Part shown: piece after piece, positions 1 to 8,790 of the stretch
Position numbering within the stretch: position 1 is the first letter of the stretch
Layout: each line of letters opens with the position of its first letter
Assembly: GCA_001772615.1 (NCBI GenBank)
Contig: MEUZ01000003.1
Location: forward strand, 286,433-350,432
Direction of reading: 5' to 3'
DNA: 64,000 nucleotides
Source of the DNA: a candidate division WWE3 bacterium RIFCSPHIGHO2_01_FULL_40_23
GTDB taxonomy: Bacteria > Patescibacteriota > WWE3 > UBA101185 > 2-01-FULL-41-18
Program-made: the position numbers and the translations under genes
The notes under the pieces: generated by a model
The model's input: the letters and a program-made list of their open reading frames with translations, nothing else
Database searches by the model: none
Told to the model about the DNA's origin: nothing

Positions 1-3000
1 ACTTTTGAAGGAAAAACATAATTGGATTTTGCCACAGATATTGAGTAGGCTCCGGGTTCCACAATGAACTCATACCTTCCGTAAATATCTGAAATACCCT
101 GAACCTGCTGGCCTGTTTTAGTGTCTTTTAAGGTAATAACAGCAGGATCAAGCGGTTGTTTGGTCACGGAATCGTAAACAACGCCCCAAGGATGCCTTTT
201 CTTTTTTAAGAGACCGAAAAGGGCATACGGTATATTGTAAATCGGTATTTTTGAGATTGCGGTAAGATATATTTGCGTGAAGTTGTAAACACTAGGCAGG
301 TTAAGAAGTGTTACGGAAGTAGCAAGGGTTAAGGCCGATGCCCATCTTTTTGCAAATGCATCGTCTATTGCGGTTACGGCTCTACCAAAAAGAGGAATCT
401 TTTTTAGGGAATCCACTGATCTTTTTATGAGTGTGGGTTTTCTTAGCTCTTCCTTGGTTTCTGGGACTAATGCAAATAGCTCACTTCCCGAAGTAGTTGT
501 TTCAAACTCATGCCTTGCGTCAAACACATAGTTTTTATTCTGGCTCATTACCTCATAGTAGTAAATGGTTCCCGGCTTTAATCCTGTTATCTTAAGTTTA
601 TGTTCAGTTGTCTTTTCTTTTGAATAAACATCCGACCCGTAGTCGTAGCTTAATCCGTAGTTTACCTTGCTTGTGGCATGATGATTTGTTTTCCAGTAAA
701 TAACAGCGTAGTCCGTACCTACTTCTATTACCTTTACATCACTGATTATGGTGGGATCCCTGTCAAACCACACCTCGGCGGTAATGACTATGTTTTCAAC
801 AAGTTGGTCTATTACAGGCTGTATGGGACTTAAAAGATTTCCCGCAAACTCAATTAGTTCGGCAGGAAGTAAAGAAATAGCATCAGCTAAACCATCGGCT
901 ACGGTAGTTACAACGGTTGTTACGGTATCTACGGTATCCCAATATAAATCGGTAACTGCATCTACCACGTCTTCAATGATGGGAGTAATGGGTTCAATTA
1001 TGGAAGGGGGGGGAGTTTCGGATGGTGTCACTGTTGGTGTGACGGTTTCTGAAGGAATTGGAGTTGGGGTAGGTGTTGGGGTAGGAACGGGCGGGGGTTC
1101 CGAGATGGTAAGGTTAAATGTCTTTGACTCCCCTTCATTATCAAGTTCGTCCTTTCCGGATAGAGTTATTCTGTAATCACCATAGGGCATATCTTCATTT
1201 ACCCTGTAAGAAAAATCCGAATATTTATCCGATGTGTTCTTGGTGTTATCCGTTACCTCTGATCCATCAGAGGAAAAGAAGGTATCGGAGATGTTGATGT
1301 TTGAGATAAGGAATGTTGAATAGGTTCCAAGAGCCCCCTTCTTTTCTATTGTCAGTTTAACTTCTTTAGGGCCGACGGCTACCTCATTCTGCTCGCTGTC
1401 CCCATTTAGCGGATCAGTTATCTTTCCGTAAAAGGTTGGCCTTTGGCTTGTTATGTCAAAGGAGCTTCCAGACGCGTTAGAGCTATCTACTCTATTTAGA
1501 TTTACCGTTGGGCCCGTGAGATCAACAAAGACTGTTGATGATTCAGTTCTATCGTTATCCGCATCATCTATAGCCTTGACAGTCCATCTTCTTTTACCTT
1601 CTTTAAGCTTTCCGTCATTTCCCGATCCCCATGATCCTGATGATTTGGTATAAAGGGATATCTTATCATCAGAGTCGGAGGAAGTATTAAAACCGCTGTA
1701 GGAAATTACATAGCTTGACGTCTTTTTATCTTTTGTTCCGCTAGGCTTGATGTTTTCTATCTTAAAGTCACCGCTTGCTCCGTTATCTACACTAAAGGTA
1801 TAACTGTCAAGACCGTCATCATCTATAGCACCTTCCCATTTAAAGGTTGGTCTTTGATCATTGATGTAAGACTTATCATCAGGAAGGATGAGATCAAAAG
1901 ATTCAGGGTCTGTAGTATCATCAGAAGTAGCCGGGCCTGTTATCAGTTTTGAGATAGTTGCGGCAAAGGCTTCATTTCCAAAGTTATCTATAGCCCATAT
2001 TCTAAAGTAGTATGTGCTGCCGGTTGTTAAGCCGGTTATTATGGTGGAGGTAGCTGAAACATTGGTTAAGTCTGTATCATCGCTGTTATCCCATTCTGAA
2101 GCCGTTCCACTCCTTGCTTCTACATCAGTCTGATTTGTTCCATACCATATTTCATAATGGTTAAAGTTAGCTTCCGTTGCTCCTGCCCAGGTGAGAGGAG
2201 CCGTAGTGGATGTGGAAGTAGCTGTTAAGCCGCTAAGTCCGGATGGATCAAGATTATCAACCTCAAAGGAAGAGGAGGTAGCCACCGAGCCATCTTCCGA
2301 GAAATCACTTGGAGTTACCCTAACTCTGATATCCGTCTGGTTGGTGTCATCTAAAGATCCGTTACCATTTGATGATGATTTGGTATCCCATACTACGGTT
2401 AAGGTAATACTCCCCGTGGATGTGTCTATGGGATTGGACTGACCTACCTGGTAAGTGTCGGAGTCACTAAGGCTAACTGATCCTCCCGAAGGAGTAGCGG
2501 ATACTAGATCCAAATCATACCAGCTTGTCCCTGCATCATCCGAGTATTCAACCTTAAGTCTTGTATCCTGGCTATCAGTTTCTGAAACCGTAGTAGAGAA
2601 TGTAATGTATCCTGTTCCATCAGTGGCTTGAGATATGGACGTGGGAGCTGTTGCCGAGGGTGCATTAAAGTCCCATCCTGTGTTATTTAAAGAGTTGGTG
2701 ATATTAAACCCCGAAGTTTCAATAAAAGTAGAATTGACATTGTAGTTATCTTTTACATCAAGGTAAGATATTGTTCTTGTTCCTTGAGGGTCTATCTGGG
2801 CTTGAGTGTCAGTTATGGAAGACCTTAGAGACAATAGGTTACCTAAAGTACCTGATAGATTCATAGTACCTGTAATAGTCTGGGCTACACTTGCAGGAAA
2901 GGTTAAGGTTCTAGCGGGTGTAGTTATGTTTTTAGTAAGGTTAGTAAAGATTGTAGTGCCTGAAATACTTTGGTCTCCCCCATCAAGCACTACACTACCG

Positions 3001-6000
3001 CTTCTTGGTGTAAAAGTATCCGAGTTGCTCCAGTCCCCTCCTACATTTATCTGGTTACTGACTCCGGATTTAGTGTCAAGTGTTCCCCCCGTTATGGTTA
3101 AATCGTCATCTACATCTAAAGGATCCTGAAGTTCAAGAGTTAAAGATCCACCCCCATCATTAATAGTAAGATCATTAAAGGAATCCCCACCGGATGTTAA
3201 CGTTTTGGTTCCGCTCGTCCCGTTAAAGTTAACCAAGCCCGAGTTATGGGTAAAGTTTGCAGAGTTGGTGAAGTTTCCTCCGATGTTTAAAGTTGTGGGA
3301 GAGACAAAAGTCCCACCGGAAACCGTAACGTTATCTGTTACTGTTCTGGAGGAAATAGCCATTGTAGTAAAACCTGCGGACAAAGCGTTCATTTCATTCT
3401 GGGTTAAGGCTCTGGTGTACACTCTTACTTCGTCTATTTGGCCGTCATAGTCATTTCCAGATTTATCCTCATCTATTCCTATCGAACTTCTCTGGCTGGC
3501 TGTGTTTGAAGTGGATGTTGCGGTAAAAGTTATCGTGCCCGTAGCGGATTGAGAGACACTGTTAAGATACATGGTAACGGTATCGTTGGTATAGTCTATA
3601 GTGCAAACAACGTGATACCAAAGACCGGTAATAAGATTGGTAGCAGAGGTAGTTTTGGTTTGAACTGCTTCAGTATCACCGGCGGAACCAAAGCACTGCA
3701 GTTCATCACCGCTTGTCGCAAATCCCGCGCGGGTATCGGCGGTGCTATCCCCTGTAGATAAGCCAAAGATCTGATCAACCCCGGAATTGGAGTCTTTTCT
3801 TATCCAGGCGGCCATGGTAAAGACACTAATATTTTGAGCGAGATTTAAGCTATCACCCATGTTGAGGTAATCTCCAGCTCCATCAAAGTCCATGGCAAAA
3901 GGGTTGGTGTCTTCTATGTCAGGGGCAGTTGCCGTAAAAACAGCGTTGGTCGGTGTAGCGGTATTATTGTTGGTAGATGAATCTTCCACTGTTCCACTCC
4001 CTTCATTCATTTTCCAGTACCCAACTTCGGAGCTAGTTAAAGTGTCCGACGTAGGTGCGTCAAGCGTGTCAGAGGCATCAGTGAATAACACAGTGAGATT
4101 TTTGTAGGGCCAATCCCTGATTGGGAATGATTCAGCCGATCCGTCTCCATCTCCTTTATATGTAACAGTGGTGCCTGTGTTGAGGGTAGGCGTTTCTATG
4201 GGATCTGAACCGACTAGTCTTAGAGTCCCCCCGTCTTCCACGGTAAAAGTTGAGCCGCAGTCAAAGGAATAGCCATTGGTGTCAAAAATGCCCTCAACAA
4301 CGGTGCAGGTCTGGCTACTGGTTCTAAAGCCGGAGATAAGAGATGCGGCGTTGGAGCCCGTTTTATTAATCCTTAGAACTGAGGAGAAAGTACCACCAGT
4401 CATGCTAAGTGTTTGAGCGGCCGATCCCGTGAGGTCAATGGTTAGGTTCGCCCCTCCAAAAGTCCCTCCTGTCTGCGAAAAATTGCCGGTGACTGTAAAG
4501 GAAACTGCGGACGCGGGGTTTAAAATAAGTGTGCCTATTACGGTTAAGTCACCCATGGCGCAACTATCGTTTAATGCAAGGTCATCCGATCCACCCTTGT
4601 TTATAGTCATAGAATCCCAGGTAACTGTGCCGCACGTTAAAGTGTCATCGCCGAGGGATGAATTTAAAGTTAAATCTATGCCGTCGGGAAGCACATTTCC
4701 GCTGTTATTAATGCTGTCAGTCACACTTAAGGTGGTAATACTGGGGAATGTACCCCCGTTAAGAGTCAGATTACCGGTGAGTGTAATGGTGGTGCCTGTC
4801 ATGATAAGTTCCGCACCAACGTTTGAGGTGTAGCTTCCGGTTGATGTCCAGTTCCCGGTGATGTTAATAGTGCCGTTGTTAGTTATGGCTCCTGAAGTTG
4901 AGGGATTGGTACCGGCTATGGGTATTATGCAACTACTAGTAAATGTAATACCATGCGTTGAAGCCTTACTCAAGGTTACGGAATTCCAGGTAACTGTTCC
5001 GCACGTTAAAGTGTCATCGCCGAGAGAATCAGTTAATGTCAAATCTATGCCGTTAGGGAGCAAATTTGTTGCGTTATAAAGGTCGCCGGCCACGCTTAAA
5101 GTGGTGATGCCTGCAGGGAAAGTGCCCCCGTTAAGAATTAAAGTCCCGGCGGTAATGGATGTACCTGTCACTGTCAGGAACGACCCAGCGTTTTGTGTGT
5201 AGGGTCCGCTGTGAGTCCAGTTACCAGTTATGTTAATGGTGCCGTTGTTTTTTAGAACCGCTGTTGTGGTTGGATTAGTGCCGGCTATGGGAAGTACGCA
5301 GCTGCTACCTATGTTCATGTCGTATTGTAAACCCTTGGATATAGTTACGGAATTCCAGGTAACTGTTCCGCAAGTCAAAGTATCATCACCGGAAGTATTG
5401 GTTAATGTTAAATCTATGCCATTGGGAAGCACATTGCCGGTGTTATTCAGGCTGTCACCTACGCTTAAAGTGGTGACACCTGCGGGGAAAGTACCTCCGT
5501 TAAGGGTGATTACTCCCCCCGTGAATGTAACAGAAGTACCTGTCATAATAAGGAACGCCCCTGTGTTTGATATATAACCCCCGTTGTGAGTCCAGTTACC
5601 AGTTATGTCAATAGTGCCGTTGTTTGTGATAGCTGCGGTGGTAGACGGATCTGTGCCTGCTATGGGGAATGTGCAGTTGCTTGAGATTGTGACAGAGTTT
5701 GAGGAGGAACCTTTACTGATATTTATGGCATTAAATGTGACTGAATTGCAGGAATAAACGGAGGTGGTAGTGCCATCAAAAGTTATTGTTCCACCGCCAG
5801 CGCTAAATACGGGGGAACCCGAGATGGTCAGGGAGGAGGAAATAGTCATTGTTTCGGAAGTGGCGGTAAAAGTTCCTGCAGATAGTGTGAAGGCTCCATT
5901 CAGGTCAATTGTTTGGGAGGTACTGTCAAAAGTACCGGCCGCCTGATCAAAGTTACTGGAACCGATTGCTAAACCCGTGTTTGCGGTAATGATACCCGTG

Positions 6001-6353
6001 TATCCGGAATTAATATCAATGCCTGCTACTGAACCCGCAAAGCCTGAATCAATGTTGGAGTTTTTGGTTGATGTTGAACTAAAAGTCGCGATGTCTGATG
6101 ACCCGGGTTGCGTATCATCTGACCAGTTAGCATCACATGACCACTTTTCCCCGTCTCCCACACCTCCCCCGCATGTACCATCTGTTCCCTCCCCATCCCA
6201 GGTTCTTACTACTGCGTAAGATTTCCCGGAATACAAAAGAAGTAAGAATATAAAAATACACAGAGCTGCAAAAAACCTTAAGCAGACGTTTACAAAATTA
6301 ATTTTTGCAAAAGCAAAAACACCGAAACTTAATCCGCGGTTAGAAAATTTCAT
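1..6353 (-). CDS. Giant secreted/surface repeat protein, partial: the C-terminus lies beyond the window start. It is interrupted by paired frameshifts near 5100 and 4978.
   Basis: The ATG at 6353-6351 opens MKFSNRGLSFGVFAFAKINFVNVCLRFFAALCIFIFLLLLYSGKSYAVVRTW..., a signal peptide/TM N-terminus. Manual translation downstream gives Gly/Thr/Asn-rich repeats (GTFTA, ITGNWTHNGG, LTLNGGTFPAG, DDTLTCGTVTW). A LamG_3 motif set spans ~3400-3900 (FAMDFDGAGDYLNMGDSLNLAQNISVFTMAAWIRKDSNSGVDQIFG ... GIDEDKSGNDYDGQIDEVRV). An FN3-like ITGLTTGSTYYFRIWAIDNFGNE sits at ~1980-2040 and a PT linker PTPTPTPIPSETVTPTVTPS at ~1020-1080. Frame 0 relative to 6353 was spot-checked open at 1020, 1980, 3420-3900 and 4440-4979. 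The ORF track lists no minus-strand ORF here. Confidence 0.75.
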   Translation of the reverse strand, partial: MKFSNRGLSFGVFAFAKINFVNVCLRFFAALCIFIFLLLLYSGKSYAVVRTWDGEGTDGTCGGGVGDGEKWSCDANWSDDTQPGSSDIATFSSTSTKNSNIDSGFAGSVAGIDINSGYTGIITANTGLAIGSSNFDQAAGTFDSTSQTIDLNGAFTLSAGTFTATSETMTISSSLTISGSPVFSAGGGTITFDGTTTSVYSCNSVTFNAINISKGSSSNSVTISSNCTFPIAGTDPSTTAAITNNGTIDITGNWTHNGGYISNTGAFLIMTGTSVTFTGGVITLNGGTFPAGVTTLSVGDSLNNTGNVLPNGIDLTLTNTSGDDTLTCGTVTWNSVTISKGLQYDMNIGSSCVLPIAGTNPTTTAVLKNNGTINITGNWTHSGPYTQNAGSFLTVTGTSITAGTLILNGGTFPAGITTLSVAGDLYNATNLLPNGIDLTLTDSLGDDTLTCGTVTWNSVTLSKASTHGITFTSSCIIPIAGTNPSTSGAITNNGTINITGNWTSTGSYTSNVGAELIMTGTTITLTGNLTLNGGTFPSITTLSVTDSINNSGNVLPDGIDLTLNSSLGDDTLTCGTVTWDSMTINKGGSDDLALNDSCAMGDLTVIGTLILNPASAVSFTVTGNFSQTGGTFGGANLTIDLTGSAAQTLSMTGGTFSSVLRINKTGSNAASLISGFRTSSQTCTVVEGIFDTNGYSFDCGSTFTVEDGGTLRLVGSDPIETPTLNTGTTVTYKGDGDGSAESFPIRDWPYKNLTVLFTDASDTLDAPTSDTLTSSEVGYWKMNEGSGTVEDSSTNNNTATPTNAVFTATAPDIEDTNPFAMDFDGAGDYLNMGDSLNLAQNISVFTMAAWIRKDSNSGVDQIFGLSTGDSTADTRAGFATSGDELQCFGSAGDTEAVQTKTTSATNLITGLWYHVVCTIDYTNDTVTMYLNSVSQSATGTITFTATSTSNTASQRSSIGIDEDKSGNDYDGQIDEVRVYTRALTQNEMNALSAGFTTMAISSRTVTDNVTVSGGTFVSPTTLNIGGNFTNSANFTHNSGLVNFNGTSGTKTLTSGGDSFNDLTINDGGGSLTLELQDPLDVDDDLTITGGTLDTKSGVSNQINVGGDWSNSDTFTPRSGSVVLDGGDQSISGTTIFTNLTKNITTPARTLTFPASVAQTITGTMNLSGTLGNLLSLRSSITDTQAQIDPQGTRTISYLDVKDNYNVNSTFIETSGFNITNSLNNTGWDFNAPSATAPTSISQATDGTGYITFSTTVSETDSQDTRLKVEYSDDAGTSWYDLDLVSATPSGGSVSLSDSDTYQVGQSNPIDTSTGSITLTVVWDTKSSSNGNGSLDDTNQTDIRVRVTPSDFSEDGSVATSSSFEVDNLDPSGLSGLTATSTSTTAPLTWAGATEANFNHYEIWYGTNQTDVEARSGTASEWDNSDDTDLTNVSATSTIITGLTTGSTYYFRIWAIDNFGNEAFAATISKLITGPATSDDTTDPESFDLILPDDKSYINDQRPTFKWEGAIDDDGLDSYTFSVDNGASGDFKIENIKPSGTKDKKTSSYVISYSGFNTSSDSDDKISLYTKSSGSWGSGNDGKLKEGKRRWTVKAIDDADNDRTESSTVFVDLTGPTVNLNRVDSSNASGSSFDITSQRPTFYGKITDPLNGDSEQNEVAVGPKEVKLTIEKKGALGTYSTFLISNINISDTFFSSDGSEVTDNTKNTSDKYSDFSYRVNEDMPYGDYRITLSGKDELDNEGESKTFNLTISEPPPVPTPTPTPTPIPSETVTPTVTPSETPPPSIIEPITPIIEDVVDAVTDLYWDTVDTVTTVVTTVADGLADAISLLPAELIEFAGNLLSPIQPVIDQLVENIVITAEVWFDRDPTIISDVKVIEVGTDYAVIYWKTNHHATSKVNYGLSYDYGSDVYSKEKTTEHKLKITGLKPGTIYYYEVMSQNKNYVFDARHEFETTTSGSELFALVPETKEELRKPTLIKRSVDSLKKIPLFGRAVTAIDDAFAKRWASALTLATSVTLLNLPSVYNFTQIYLTAISKIPIYNIPYALFGLLKKKRHPWGVVYDSVTKQPLDPAVITLKDTKTGQQVQGISDIYGRYEFIVEPGAYSISVAKSNYVFPSK
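4440..5760 (-). repeat. Tandem array of about 3.5 near-identical ~369-bp (~123-aa) coding repeats inside the giant gene
   Basis: The motif gtaactgt(t/g)ccgca(c/a)gt(t/c)aaag recurs at 4621, 4991 and 5359, with spacings of 370 and 368 bp. The translated units are nearly identical: ...PIAGT(D/N)P(S/T)T..ITNNGTI(D/N)ITGNWT...LNGGTFP...NGIDLTL...GDDTLTCGTVTW. Confidence 0.85.
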
Positions 6354-6402
6354 TTGTATTTAAATTTTACATGTGGACGACGGACATTTCCACCTCTATG
6401 AT

Positions 6403-6487
6403 GTCATTCTGGTGAAAGCCCAGAATCTAGGATTATAGATCCCGGGTCAAGCCCGGGATGACATGAAGTCAGTTCAGGATGACAAGC
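6403..6487. repeat. Array of 2-3 short hairpin repeats (GTCAT-stem-loop-ATC family) in the tsaB / giant-gene intergenic region
   Basis: Unit one is gtcatTCTGGtgaaagcCCAGAatc. Unit two is gATCCCGGGtcaagCCCGGGATgacat. A half-unit tcaggatgac follows. The same flank motif recurs at 20862-20952, 23323-23336 and 50696-50760. Confidence 0.7.
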
Positions 6488-6496
6488 GATGCGGAT

Positions 6497-6808
6497 TCAA
6501 GAAGGCTCGTCAAACTTACTTCGTTGATAATTTGGGATAATTAACCTTTTAGAACTCTTTTTTAATACGGCCCAGTTTAAAGCATTCACAACCGCAGCCG
6601 AAGCTTTTAATCCCGTAAAAGAACCCGGACCTTCATTCATCTCAAAAGAAGTGATATCGATAACTTCAAGTTTATTTTTTCTAAAAAGTTTCTCAAGAGA
6701 TGAAACTACATCAATACTCCCCAAGATTTCATCCAAAACCTTATTATCTTTATACAAGATCACTTTATCATTTCCTCTTTCAGTACAATCAATGTAAATC
6801 CGATACAT
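6497..6808 (-). CDS. tsaB: TsaB/YeaZ-like t6A biosynthesis protein, N-terminal domain only (103 aa, apparently truncated)
   Basis: Carries the GPGSFTGLKASAAVVNALNWAV motif typical of the TsaB N-terminal domain. It ends directly at the hairpin-repeat array. Confidence 0.6.
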   Translation of the reverse strand: MYRIYIDCTERGNDKVILYKDNKVLDEILGSIDVVSSLEKLFRKNKLEVIDITSFEMNEGPGSFTGLKASAAVVNALNWAVLKKSSKRLIIPNYQRSKFDEPS

Positions 6809-7226
6809 TTATCCTCCTTTTGTTTTTTCCCATAACTTCAAATTCAACTTTTATGAAGCCTCTTGGTAAATAACTCTCAATTAGTTTGGGCCACTCAATC
6901 ACCATAACCGAATCCCTGCTCCCGATTACATCCAAAACCCCAAGGTTTAAAATCTCCGAAGCCTCCGTAATCCTGTATAGATCCACATGATTAATAACAC
7001 TAATTCTTTCTTTCTTGCTAACGTTTTTGTAATGTCGCATAAGAACGAAGGTTGGGCTTATCACGGAAGCTTTTATTCCGAAAGCCTTAACAAGCCCTTT
7101 AACAAAAGTCGTTTTTCCGGAGCCAAGATCTCCATATAAAGTTAAGACTTCCCCACCCTTTAAAGATGAAGCTATTCTAAAAGCCAGCTTTTCAGTTTCG
7201 CTGGAAGAATTGGAAATAATTTCCAT
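6789..7226 (-). CDS. tsaE: tRNA threonylcarbamoyladenosine biosynthesis ATPase TsaE (YjeE)
   Basis: P-loop LYGDLGSGKTTFVKGL at about 145 aa, adjacent to tsaB. Confidence 0.8.
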   Translation of the reverse strand: MEIISNSSSETEKLAFRIASSLKGGEVLTLYGDLGSGKTTFVKGLVKAFGIKASVISPTFVLMRHYKNVSKKERISVINHVDLYRITEASEILNLGVLDVIGSRDSVMVIEWPKLIESYLPRGFIKVEFEVMGKNKRRINVSDLH

Positions 7227-7549
7227 AAAATAAACCCCGTTGTTAAACTTGCAATACTATCTATTAGAACGTCACTCACTTTGCCAGTTCTTGTCGGAGT
7301 GAGGTTTTGGTGAAGTTCGTCAGTCAGTGCAAAAATAACGGCAAGACCCGCAGATACAAAAGCGTTTTTGCTTCCTCTGTAATAAGTTAAAACAAGAATG
7401 GAGTATTCAATAACATGAAGCGTTTTTCTTATTAAAAAGTCAGCTCCTTTGGTTTTCGCAAAATCAGCCCCTGGAAGAGATGAGAGAACAAAGATAAAAA
7501 CACTCCAGAAAATTGCGGGAAGCCATAATCTCACGAACTTAGCATTCAC
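7172..7549 (-). CDS. VanZ-like family membrane protein
   Basis: Multi-TM 125-aa protein with TDELHQNLTPTRTGKVSDVLIDSIASLTG, matching the VanZ-family DExHQ..PGR..D..N..G pattern. Confidence 0.6.
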   Translation of the reverse strand: MNAKFVRLWLPAIFWSVFIFVLSSLPGADFAKTKGADFLIRKTLHVIEYSILVLTYYRGSKNAFVSAGLAVIFALTDELHQNLTPTRTGKVSDVLIDSIASLTTGFILWKLFPILPAKLKSWLLE

Positions 7550-7564
7550 CCCGCCATTCTACCA

Positions 7565-8785
7565 TCAGCGGATGTGGAAGTAATAACTTATAACACCACC
7601 TCCATGCTCAATGGCCGCGTAATTCATGGAGGAGCCGTAACAGCCCGCAGTGCCCTTTACAATCCTTCCGTCATCAGGAGCGTATATATAAGTGTTTGAA
7701 GAAACCATGTCTATTCCCGTATGCTTTCCGCCCGAATATCTCCATGACCACGGCGTTTTTCCATAGCGCTGTGTAACTTCCGCGTTTTTCATAGGCCATT
7801 CCCATTTGCCTGATCCTATCGTTTTGTATCCGCTTGAATAATCATCAACATAAACGCTTTTTGACTTTAAGTAACTTTCCGCGTTTACAACGGAGCCGTT
7901 TTTCCTGACTTCAAAATGAAGATGCGCCCCCGTTGAGCAGTTTGGATAACCACTGTTTCCCATCACGGCTATTACGTCACCTTTATCAACTTTGGAGCCA
8001 TTAGCAAAATTTACACTTTTAACCGCGCCTTCTATCGCATCTAGCTCCGCCTTGGCCTTACTTAAAAGTTCCTGGTAAGTTGCCTCGTCTCCTCTCGTCT
8101 GCGCCAAAAGTGAATCTTTTTCGCGCTTTTGCACACTAAGCGAAGCATTATAACCCTCAAGATTAGCTCTTTCAATTTCTATCTTTTTCTTAACCTCTTC
8201 AACCTTAGTCTTCTTTTCCTCAAGGGTTGTCTTTTGGATTTCATAGTTGGTTTTGGTATCTTTAAGCTGATTAATCAACCTTTTATCATTCTTTTCTATA
8301 ACTTTTATATACTGGGCTTTTAACACAAAATCGTTTACGTCAAGATTAAAAAAATACTCAAGCGGTGAAATCGTTTCAAGCTTGTATCTTGATTTAATCC
8401 TTTCATTAAAAAGAAGCGACTGGTAATTCATCGCGATTCTTAACTTTTCTATCCTCTCTCCTATTTCTCCAATTGATTCTTCAAGACTTTTAAGTTCACT
8501 CTCCCTAAGCAAAATATTCTTATTCGCTTCTTGAATTTTAAGAAGAATTAAATTTATCTGATCATCAAGGGAACTAATCTGATTCTGAAGAGTTTTTTCT
8601 TTTCCCTGCAGGTCTTTAATTTTTTTCTCATACTCTTTTATTTTTTTCTTAAGATCATCCGTATCGTCGTCATCACTGCTTTGCCCAATCGCGTGATACT
8701 TAACATCATGAGCAGAAACTTTCCAAAAGCCAAAGTTAAATATTAGAAAAAGAAAAACAGGAATGAAAACCGATTTTTTTAGCAT
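7565..8785 (-). CDS. Coiled-coil M23/LytM peptidase, EnvC/PcsB-like FtsEX partner
   Basis: N-terminal signal/TM, a long coiled coil (KKKIKEYEKKIKDLQGKEKTLQNQISSLDDQ...), and a C-terminal LytM domain (GIDMVSS ... HLHFEV). Sits immediately downstream of ftsE-ftsX. Confidence 0.8.
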   Translation of the reverse strand: MLKKSVFIPVFLFLIFNFGFWKVSAHDVKYHAIGQSSDDDDTDDLKKKIKEYEKKIKDLQGKEKTLQNQISSLDDQINLILLKIQEANKNILLRESELKSLEESIGEIGERIEKLRIAMNYQSLLFNERIKSRYKLETISPLEYFFNLDVNDFVLKAQYIKVIEKNDKRLINQLKDTKTNYEIQKTTLEEKKTKVEEVKKKIEIERANLEGYNASLSVQKREKDSLLAQTRGDEATYQELLSKAKAELDAIEGAVKSVNFANGSKVDKGDVIAVMGNSGYPNCSTGAHLHFEVRKNGSVVNAESYLKSKSVYVDDYSSGYKTIGSGKWEWPMKNAEVTQRYGKTPWSWRYSGGKHTGIDMVSSNTYIYAPDDGRIVKGTAGCYGSSMNYAAIEHGGGVISYYFHIR

Positions 8786-8790
8786 AAGGG

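Noticed and set aside
748-6219. Plus-strand ORFs in the track (748..1176, 1453..1653, 2191..2442, 2806..3129, 3205..3450, 3549..3761, 3892..4107, 4429..4833, 4858..5079, 5230..5577, 5764..5946, 5977..6219) and the minus ORF 3596..3778
   Set aside because: All lie antisense to, or out of frame with, the giant minus-strand gene, whose frame contains recognisable LamG_3/FN3/repeat sequence. The plus ORFs are low-complexity V/T/S/P-rich mirror translations of the Gly/Thr/Asn-rich repeats.
1-6353. Diversity-generating retroelement associated with the giant lectin protein
   Set aside because: No reverse-transcriptase ORF (YxDD) and no template/variable repeat pair is visible in the window. The 3' end of the gene is outside the window, so this cannot be excluded.
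6403-6487. CRISPR array interpretation of the hairpin repeats
   Set aside because: Units have different stem sequences, no constant-length spacers, and only 2-3 units per locus. No cas genes are in the window.
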